Positions 56,936-64,000 of a stretch of DNA of 64,000 nt are shown here, piece after piece. This stretch comes from Dehalococcoidia bacterium UBA6926. GTDB taxonomy: Bacteria; Chloroflexota; Dehalococcoidia; UBA6926. Location: assembly GCA_002450835.1 (NCBI GenBank), contig DKAM01000008.1, positions 10,573-74,572 of the forward strand, given 5' to 3'. The stretch's first letter is position 1. The number at the start of each line of letters is the position of its first letter. Made by a program: the position numbers and the translations under genes. The notes below the pieces were generated by a model. That model had not been told where the DNA came from and did no database searches. It was given only the letters and a program-made list of their open reading frames with translations.

Positions 56936-57370
56936 TTAGCTCCTATAAAGTACCATTGCTAAGCCTATTACTACCGCTACGATACCTAGACCAATCATTA
57001 AGGTTATTTGCTCTCCAAGAAAAATAAGTGCGAGTATTGCTGAGAACACTGGAGTCGAACCTAGAATCGCAGTTGCTGGTGCAACACCAGCATACTTTAT
57101 ACCATTGAAATTCAGAAAACGTCCGAGCGGGAATTGAATAAATGCGAGCAAAACAAACCATGATATTGTTTCTACCGAAACGTTAAACATTGCTTCATAA
57201 TCAAGCACTAGCGCTATGACTAAAATTAGTAAGAAACCTGTTATTAGAGAGAAAAAAGTACCTGTGGTAGATCCCATATGTTGCATACCTATTCGAGCAA
57301 AAATTGCGCCTGTTGCCCAGGACGTAGCTGCCAAGGCAGCCAAAATTGCTCCCAATAAAGTGTCGCTCAT
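56936..57370 (-). CDS. single-EamA-domain membrane protein (half-size DMT transporter)
   Basis: 144 aa with about 5 TM helices, Gly/Ala-rich as in EamA domains. Confidence 0.65.
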   Translation of the reverse strand: MSDTLLGAILAALAATSWATGAIFARIGMQHMGSTTGTFFSLITGFLLILVIALVLDYEAMFNVSVETISWFVLLAFIQFPLGRFLNFNGIKYAGVAPATAILGSTPVFSAILALIFLGEQITLMIGLGIVAVVIGLAMVLYRS

Positions 57371-57491
57371 TAACTGTTCCTTAATCGAGGTTCTATCAGA
57401 GGGGGTGTGAATGTTGTAAAGTTTGAATTAATTGCTCTAGCTTACGTAAATTTATCTGGTATATCAAGGATATTTCATTTACTATTAATAC

Positions 57492-58115
57492 ATGCGATCA
57501 GAAGGATATAAGCAAGCACCTTTGTTTATTAGTGACAATGGCGCCTCAAAAGGGGTATCGCGGGTTTTGCTCACCGAGCAACAAATTAACGCGCGTGTTA
57601 AGGAACTTGGCCAAACACTCACTACTGATTATTCAGAACGCGACGTTGTTTTTCTTGCTGTTTTAAAGGGCGCTCTATATTTTCTTGTAGATTTAATTAG
57701 GAATGTCGATTTGCCTCTGACTGTTGGCGTAACCAGTATTGAAAGATCACTAGTCGACGGAGAATATAACATAAGTAGCACTCTTAGGGATTCCAGCATG
57801 ATAGAAGGAAAGCATGTTGTAATTGTTGAGGATATTGTGGATACCGGCCATACGATTGCAGCTCTTATAAAATCAGTGGAAGAGCATAATCCGACTAGTA
57901 TAAAAATTTGTACACTACTTGATAAAGTTTCCAAAAGAGAGGTAGACGTCCCTGTTGATTACTTGGGGTTTGAAATCCCACCTTTGTTCGTTGTTGGGTA
58001 TGGTTTGGACTACGAGGAATATTACAGGAACTTACCTTTCATTGGAGTTATCGAAGATGCCAACTGGGATCCAGTATCTGATCTTATCGCAAAAACCAAA
58101 GAATCCAACTCGTAA
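57492..58115 (+). CDS. hpt: hypoxanthine phosphoribosyltransferase
   Basis: 207 aa with the PRPP-binding motif VVIVEDIVDTGHT and VVGYGLDY. The true start may be further downstream. Confidence 0.88.
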   Translation: MRSEGYKQAPLFISDNGASKGVSRVLLTEQQINARVKELGQTLTTDYSERDVVFLAVLKGALYFLVDLIRNVDLPLTVGVTSIERSLVDGEYNISSTLRDSSMIEGKHVVIVEDIVDTGHTIAALIKSVEEHNPTSIKICTLLDKVSKREVDVPVDYLGFEIPPLFVVGYGLDYEEYYRNLPFIGVIEDANWDPVSDLIAKTKESNS

Positions 58116-58184
58116 ATCTTCTGATTTGTTATTATTCGGTAGTCAAACTGAATAAAAGAATTAAATTTTAGAGAGGAAATAAAA

Positions 58185-58619
58185 ATGTCTACGAACATAA
58201 AATATAATGCTGTAATGGTTGCGAATTTAGAGGAAGGTGTAGAAATCTGGTCAAAGATGTTTGGCCTTGAGCCCCTTAATCAAATCTCTACCAATCAATT
58301 TGGAGTTACAGCTCAAATGTTGGGCGTCGATGGTGAAGCAGTTATTGAGGTAATGACTCCTGCTAATGCAGATACGGCTCTTGCCCGTATGATGGAGGAG
58401 CGAAAGAATGAAAGAAATCCTCTCGGAGAAGGTCTCTATATGGTTTGCTTAGAAGTGGATGATGTTCAATCTACATTAACTAATATAGAAAAAATGGGCG
58501 GAAAAGTAATAAGAGAAGAGGGCAATGATAAAGTTGCTTGGGTGCATCCTTTGAATCTTAAAATGGTCTTGGTTGAGCTCCAAGAAAAAGGCTATTCCAA
58601 CATGGGTGCAGCAGGCTAA
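58185..58619 (+). CDS. VOC (glyoxalase/bleomycin-resistance) family protein, possibly methylmalonyl-CoA epimerase
   Basis: 144 aa. The size and paired beta-alpha-beta-beta-beta pattern fit the family, but the specific function is not supported by motifs. Confidence 0.5.
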   Translation: MSTNIKYNAVMVANLEEGVEIWSKMFGLEPLNQISTNQFGVTAQMLGVDGEAVIEVMTPANADTALARMMEERKNERNPLGEGLYMVCLEVDDVQSTLTNIEKMGGKVIREEGNDKVAWVHPLNLKMVLVELQEKGYSNMGAAG

Positions 58620-58661
58620 CTCCGAATTAATTTGAATTCGCTTGAATGAACGCCAAAGATC

Positions 58662-61499
58662 CTATTTTAGATTTTGAAGTTGTGCAGTAAGGTTTTTCAA
58701 TTTTTCTGCTGATTCTTCAAACCTTTTTCTCTCTTTTTCTACTACTGGTGCTGGAGCTTTGGATGTAAAATCGCTATTAGATAATCTATTTTCCAATTGT
58801 TTGATTCTTGATTCTACGTCCTTAATTTCTTCTTCAATTCGATCTTTTTCTTCTTCAATATCAACAAGGTTATCTAGCGGTACTATAATTGTTGAATAAT
58901 CTAAGACGATGGAAGTTGTGTTCTTGTAAGACGAATCGTCTTGCCCCAGGGCTGAAATTATTAAGGGGCTTGCTTTAGCTAAAACCTCGATTATTTCTCT
59001 ATTCCTCTCAAACACATCTACATATTTCTCTGATGATAGTAATACTTCTATGTTTACGTAAGGATCTAGTTTTTGTTCAGCTCTGAGATTTCTTATTGCC
59101 CTTGTGACCTCGAAAATTTCTTTAAGGTGATCTTCTGCTTCTTCATCGATAAGAGATGGATTAGATATTGGATAACTGGATATCATTATCGATTCTTTTT
59201 GATTCGATTTCTTTGGTACGATTTCTACTAGGGCTTGCCAAATTTCTTCTGTAACAAAAGGCATAAATGGGTGTAAAAGAAGACATGATTGCTCTAGGAC
59301 TTCTGCAAGGGTATGAGCAGGCGTAAAATCTCCTCCGTTGATCCGAATTTTTGCCATCTCCAGGTACCAATCGAAGAATTCATCCCACAAAAAATCTCTC
59401 AGTAGTTGCTCTGCCTGACCGATCTGAAAATCTTGCAACATTTTTGTCACATCATTTTTTAGTTTTTCAAGCCTACTAATAATCCATCTGTCTTCTAGCT
59501 GGGCAGGTTTTTGATCTATATTGGTAATTTGAACGTTTGAATTCTGAATAGTGTTTATTACAAATCTTGCACCGTTCCATAACTTATTAGTGAAATTTCG
59601 ACCTGCTTCTAGACGGGAGTCGGGAAGTGCTAAATCGTTACCAGGAGTGGTACTAATAGTTAGAGCCATTCTTAAAGCGTCAGTTCCATATTTTTCGATT
59701 GTCTCTAAAGGGTCTATGACGTTCCCCTTAGTTTTTGACATTTTTTGGCGGTGTGGGTCACGAACCAAACCATGTAGGTATACATTTTTGAACGGTGGGA
59801 GACCTGTGTTTTCGATGCCTAGCATTATCATTCTTGCTACCCAGAAAAATAGTATATCGTATCCAGTTTCCATTACAGACGTCGGATAAAATCTCGAATA
59901 GTCCTCGGTATTTTCAGGCCAACCTAGAGTTGAATGCGTCCATAACCCTGATGAAAACCAAGTATCCAAGACGTCTGGATCTTGAATTAGGTATCTACTA
60001 CCACACGTCGGGCAAGTTTCGGGGTTCTCTACAGACACTATAGGCGTTGATGATTCTGCAGATTCGATGCGTTCAGAATCTTTCAATATCTGATCAAATG
60101 AAAATCCTGATTGAATAAGATCTCTATAGTTATGCTCTACAAATTCTATTCCGGATGAATCCGATGATGGGTCATTCATGATGACACTTAATTTATCTCC
60201 ATCGCAATCCGCGCAATACCATACGGGAATTCTATGGCCCCACCATAATTGTCTAGATATACACCAATCACGTATGTTCTCCATCCAATTCATATAAATT
60301 TGTGTGAATCTCTGAGGAATTATTGAGATTTCTTTGTCGACTACTGCTTTAATAGCCGGATCCGCGAGCGGTTTTATGTCAACAAACCATTGGAGACTCG
60401 AGCGGGGTTCCACAATTTCTTTGCATCTGTAGCAGTGTCCGATACGAGTTTCATAAGGCTCTATTTGTTTTAATAAGCCTATTCGCTCTAAGTCAGAAAC
60501 TATCTTTTCTCTCGCTTTGAAGCGATCCATTCCAGCGTATTCCCCAGATTCTTTGTTCATAGTCCCATCGGGGTTCATGACATCAATCATTTCCAAATTA
60601 TTACGCTTGCCAATATCGAAGTCGTTAGAGTCGTGGGCTGGTGTTATTTTTAGTGCGCCGGTTCCAAACTCTATATCCACGTATTCATCACCAATTATTG
60701 GTATCAGCCGGTCGGTCAGAGGTAACTTAACTTGTTTACCAATGAACTTTGAATATCTGGGATCTTTAGGGTTGACTGCTACAGCTGTATCCCCTAATAG
60801 TGTTTCTGGTCTTGTTGTTGCGACAATAACCGAGCCAGAATCATCAGATGTGGGATATTCTATGTGCCATAGATTCCCTTCGATATCCTCGTACTCAATT
60901 TCTAGATCGGAAAGCGCCGTTAAATCTTGAGGGCACCAGTTAATAATTCTTTCGCCCCTATAGATAAGATTTTTTTGAAATAAATTATGGAAGGTCGTTT
61001 TAACAGCGTAAGAAGGGCCGTCATCAAGGGTGAATTTTTCACGTGTCCAGTCAGCCGAAACTCCTAACCTTCTGTGTTGTTTCTGAATTTCCCCGCCGTA
61101 TTGTTTAACCCACTCCCAAACTCTTTCTAGGAATTTGTCCCGACCCATGGTTCGGCGATCTAGTCCTTCGGCTCGAATTGCTTGCTCTACAATATATTGG
61201 GTGGCAATTCCAGCGTGGTCGGTGCCTGGAAGCCACAGAGTTGCATCACCTTGCATACGATGCCAGCGGACCAAAGTGTCTTCTATTGTTGCTGTTAATG
61301 CGTGCCCTAAATGTAATTGTCCGGTAACGTTTGGTGGTGGCATTATCACGGTGAAATGTGGATTGTCGTCTTTGGTGTTTTTTGTCGGTTTGAAGTAACC
61401 TTTTGATTCCCACCACTCATATCTTTTCACCTCAAATTCGTGAGGGTTATATGCACTGGCCATGGAGTTTGAAAATGATTTATTCTGTTCAGATGTCAT
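58662..61499 (-). CDS. valS: valine--tRNA ligase
   Basis: 945 aa with PPPNVTGQLHLGH, an editing domain (TTRPETLLGDTAVAV), KMSKTKGN and a C-terminal coiled coil. Confidence 0.95.
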   Translation of the reverse strand: MTSEQNKSFSNSMASAYNPHEFEVKRYEWWESKGYFKPTKNTKDDNPHFTVIMPPPNVTGQLHLGHALTATIEDTLVRWHRMQGDATLWLPGTDHAGIATQYIVEQAIRAEGLDRRTMGRDKFLERVWEWVKQYGGEIQKQHRRLGVSADWTREKFTLDDGPSYAVKTTFHNLFQKNLIYRGERIINWCPQDLTALSDLEIEYEDIEGNLWHIEYPTSDDSGSVIVATTRPETLLGDTAVAVNPKDPRYSKFIGKQVKLPLTDRLIPIIGDEYVDIEFGTGALKITPAHDSNDFDIGKRNNLEMIDVMNPDGTMNKESGEYAGMDRFKAREKIVSDLERIGLLKQIEPYETRIGHCYRCKEIVEPRSSLQWFVDIKPLADPAIKAVVDKEISIIPQRFTQIYMNWMENIRDWCISRQLWWGHRIPVWYCADCDGDKLSVIMNDPSSDSSGIEFVEHNYRDLIQSGFSFDQILKDSERIESAESSTPIVSVENPETCPTCGSRYLIQDPDVLDTWFSSGLWTHSTLGWPENTEDYSRFYPTSVMETGYDILFFWVARMIMLGIENTGLPPFKNVYLHGLVRDPHRQKMSKTKGNVIDPLETIEKYGTDALRMALTISTTPGNDLALPDSRLEAGRNFTNKLWNGARFVINTIQNSNVQITNIDQKPAQLEDRWIISRLEKLKNDVTKMLQDFQIGQAEQLLRDFLWDEFFDWYLEMAKIRINGGDFTPAHTLAEVLEQSCLLLHPFMPFVTEEIWQALVEIVPKKSNQKESIMISSYPISNPSLIDEEAEDHLKEIFEVTRAIRNLRAEQKLDPYVNIEVLLSSEKYVDVFERNREIIEVLAKASPLIISALGQDDSSYKNTTSIVLDYSTIIVPLDNLVDIEEEKDRIEEEIKDVESRIKQLENRLSNSDFTSKAPAPVVEKERKRFEESAEKLKNLTAQLQNLK

Positions 61500-61599
61500 T
61501 ATTTATACTTTCAATTGCTAAACGCGACTTAGATTGTATCTATCTACGACTACTAGGGTCAAGGAAACAGAGTACTCCTTCGGTTTCTGCCAGATCATT

Positions 61600-62238
61600 T
61601 TAAATTTGCTTAGTCAAAGACAATGCTTTTCGGTAGTCTGCCAGGGTGTTCATATTTACTATAGAAAGCTCATCTTCGCTAATAAATTTACCTACTCGGT
61701 TAGGATCTTTTTTAACTATCTCCCTAAGCCCAAATTTTTCTTCAGTTATAGAATAAATCTCATCTTTTAAAGTGACGGAATAGATACCAGGATGTCCCTC
61801 TTTATTGTCATGCCATGGGTAGGTAATTAAATTACCAGTAGATATATGTGAGTCAATTAGATCATTTATTAATTGTGCCGTTCGTGGAGAATCAGCAGCC
61901 CATAATATGATATCTTTTGAATTCACGGAGGTATTTTGAACCCCTAATTTAACCGAACTGGTTTTCCCAGAAAGCCAATCAGTATTTTCAAGAATATGTA
62001 TTTCATCGATTGATGGACCTAAGTGTAATTTTAGTAAATTTTCGTACTCCCGACAATTGTTCCCCAGAATGACAATTACTTCACTCGCCTTAGATTTTAT
62101 TGCTGCTTGAACTTGATGTACTAACAACGGCTCACCGTGCCAATTTAAAGTTTGTTTGGGCGTTCCCATCCTATCAGAGGATCCTGCTGCTAATAAAACA
62201 ATAGATACTGGTAAATTGTTTTTATTTTCTTCCACCAA
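61600..62238 (-). CDS. MobA-like NTP transferase (molybdenum cofactor cytidylyl/guanylyl-transferase family)
   Basis: 212 aa with N-terminal IVLLAAGSSDRMGTPKQ. TTG start. Confidence 0.7.
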   Translation of the reverse strand: MVEENKNNLPVSIVLLAAGSSDRMGTPKQTLNWHGEPLLVHQVQAAIKSKASEVIVILGNNCREYENLLKLHLGPSIDEIHILENTDWLSGKTSSVKLGVQNTSVNSKDIILWAADSPRTAQLINDLIDSHISTGNLITYPWHDNKEGHPGIYSVTLKDEIYSITEEKFGLREIVKKDPNRVGKFISEDELSIVNMNTLADYRKALSLTKQI

Positions 62239-62270
62239 AAGCTCCGATTGATTTGATTTGTAATATTTTT

Positions 62271-63479
62271 CTATAGTAACTCTGAGAGTCGGTCCATAAT
62301 ATGGTCTGCTACTTCTAATTTGGTCAAAAGAGGTAGTTCAGTTTGTGTTCCTTTTTTATCCAGAATTACTACCCTATTATTATCGACACTAAATCCGGAA
62401 TCTGTTGAAGATACGTCATTTGCAATGATCATATCTAAATCTTTTTCATTTAGCTTTTCAGTCGCGTTATTAATTAGGTTTTCAGTTTCTGCTGCAAATC
62501 CTATCTTTATTATCTTCTCAGTTGACACAGCTTTTAGTATGTCAGGAGTTTGTTTTAAAGAGAGTGACATCGTATTTTCCCCAGCTATTTTTTTCAATTT
62601 AACTTTTGATTGCTTATCACTTTCCCAATCTGCTACAGCTGCCGCCATTATTAGGGCATCTCCTGCATCTTTAATTGCTGCAGTGACTCCTTTAAGCATC
62701 TCTCTTGCTGTATTTATGTGAACTACCTTTGCTCCTGGTGGATCTGGTAGGGATGTAGGTGCGGTTATAAGTGTTACTCGTGCACCCCTCGATACAGCAG
62801 CAGAGGCAAGTGCATACCCTTGTTTTCCTGATGATCGATTGGTAATCACCCTTACCGCATCAATAGGTTCCTGAGTCCCACCAGCGGAGATGATAATGTG
62901 TTTTTCTTTTAGGTCCGTGGTTTGCTCTAGTATGTTACTTATTCCATTCATAATCGTATCTATCGATTCGAGCCGACCGTAACCGGATCCCCCTGATGCT
63001 AGGTGCCCCTCAGCAGGGCCGATAAATTTTATTCCCCTTTTTATTAGGGTAGCAATATTTTCTTGGGTAGCATCGTTTTGCCACATGTTTGATTCCATGG
63101 CTGGAGCTACGAGAATAGGTGAATTAGTGGCAAGTATAGTCGCGGTTAGGGCGTCATCAGCGAAGCCGTACTTCATCTTGGCAATTACATTAGCGGTAGC
63201 GGGGGCTACAACTAAAATATCTGCTTTTTTTGCCAACGCAATATGCTCTACAGGGTCTTCAGATTCCTCGTCAAATAAATCCGTTATTACTCTCCTATGA
63301 GTCAACGATCTAAACGTAAGCGCAGATATAAATTCTTGTGCAGATCGCGTTAATATTACGTCTACTTCTGCCCCTGCTTGAGTCAATTTAGAAGCAAGAT
63401 CGATCGATTTGTAGCATGCTATGCTTCCTGTAACTCCAAGAACTATGCGTTTGTTATCTAATATGTTTGTTTCCGCCAT
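62271..63479 (-). CDS. coaBC: bifunctional phosphopantothenoylcysteine decarboxylase / phosphopantothenate--cysteine ligase
   Basis: 402 aa with GVTGSIACYK (flavoprotein domain) and ISAGGTQEPIDAVRVITNRSSGKQG (CoaB). Confidence 0.93.
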   Translation of the reverse strand: MAETNILDNKRIVLGVTGSIACYKSIDLASKLTQAGAEVDVILTRSAQEFISALTFRSLTHRRVITDLFDEESEDPVEHIALAKKADILVVAPATANVIAKMKYGFADDALTATILATNSPILVAPAMESNMWQNDATQENIATLIKRGIKFIGPAEGHLASGGSGYGRLESIDTIMNGISNILEQTTDLKEKHIIISAGGTQEPIDAVRVITNRSSGKQGYALASAAVSRGARVTLITAPTSLPDPPGAKVVHINTAREMLKGVTAAIKDAGDALIMAAAVADWESDKQSKVKLKKIAGENTMSLSLKQTPDILKAVSTEKIIKIGFAAETENLINNATEKLNEKDLDMIIANDVSSTDSGFSVDNNRVVILDKKGTQTELPLLTKLEVADHIMDRLSELL

Positions 63480-63526
63480 TGCTGCTCCATCTGATGCTAT
63501 TCAGAATGATTATCGATATTACCTTA

Positions 63527-64000
63527 CTAATTATTTAATTCCCAAATCCTTTTTATTCCGTCTAATGTTAAATTGGGCTCTACTCGTTCTATACAATTAG
63601 ATTTTTCTGAAATTGCAGTTGCTAACCCTCCTGTTGCTATGACGTTAGCTTTTTGTCCTAATTCTGTATTTATACCTTCGACCATTCCTTCGACCAATCC
63701 AAGGTATCCATTCATTAAGCCTGATTGCATAGACTCAACCGTGTTTTTCCCTATCCATTTCGATGGAAATTCTAGCGGAATTTGCGGTAATTTTGCCGCA
63801 TTCGATGCTAGCACCTTCGAAGATAGGCTTACTCCAGGTGCTATTGTACCACCTATGTAGTCTCCATTCTTATCTACCACGTCAAACGTTGTTGCAGTCC
63901 CAAAATCAATAATGATTATTGGATTGTCCACAATCATGGTTGCGGAGACAGCGTTAATTATTCGATCAATACCAAGCTCTTTTGGATTATCAACTTTCAA
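63527..64000 (-). CDS. coaX: type III pantothenate kinase (C-terminal part; the N-terminus lies beyond the window)
   Basis: DFGTATTFD and ATGGLA motifs. The ORF runs off the right edge of the window. Confidence 0.85.
   Translation of the reverse strand: MKVDNPKELGIDRIINAVSATMIVDNPIIIIDFGTATTFDVVDKNGDYIGGTIAPGVSLSSKVLASNAAKLPQIPLEFPSKWIGKNTVESMQSGLMNGYLGLVEGMVEGINTELGQKANVIATGGLATAISEKSNCIERVEPNLTLDGIKRIWELNN

Noticed and set aside
58621-58661. An inverted repeat CGAATT-AATTTG-AATTCG between the convergent VOC and valS genes, considered as a bidirectional terminator.
   Set aside because: The stem is 6 bp, AT-rich and contains an EcoRI-like palindrome, with no flanking U/A runs. The support is too weak.
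1-64000. A window-wide look for CRISPR arrays, transposases or integrases, toxin-antitoxin pairs, restriction-modification genes or other defence or mobile modules.
   Set aside because: None was seen. Every ORF over 100 aa is either a recognisable housekeeping or metabolic gene or a small membrane or hypothetical protein embedded in such operons. No direct-repeat arrays or terminal inverted repeats were noticed by eye. A systematic repeat search was not possible here.

Overview
This is an AT-rich, very tightly packed stretch of bacterial chromosome. It holds about 65 genes, most gaps are under 30 nt, and two convergent gene pairs have stop codons that touch. Nearly all of it is core metabolism and information processing. 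The content includes trpFC and trpEGD, gatCA, pdxST, a TPP-riboswitch-controlled thiamine importer plus thiamine pyrophosphokinase, a MoxR/DUF58/transglutaminase triad, ogt, dnaE, hspR-clpC and hisH-A-F-IE. It also includes rplU-rpmA-rpmE, gdh, rnhC, an aromatic amino-acid operon (DAHP synthase, tRNA-Tyr, tyrS, pheA), hpt, valS and coaBC-coaX. The gene set (HspR, ycf45-like R3H ATPase, RNase HIII, DUF1385 next to rpmE, Thermotoga-type DAHP synthase) suggests a streamlined Terrabacteria-type lineage, possibly a marine Chloroflexota. That placement is inference only. I found no CRISPR array, transposase, integrase, prophage or recognisable defence island. The most interesting signals are regulatory or architectural. 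First, a Tyr/Phe-rich leader peptide with a complete set of alternative hairpins, a classic ribosome-mediated attenuator, sits upstream of DAHP synthase. Second, tRNA-Tyr is embedded between that gene and tyrS. Third, rplU can only start at an ATT codon. Fourth, an in-frame fusion joins an RlmD-type m5U methyltransferase to a Maf pyrophosphatase. Fifth, the MoxR-associated transglutaminase has Ser and Glu where the catalytic Cys and Asp are expected. All product calls come from motifs read by eye in the translations, and no database search was run.
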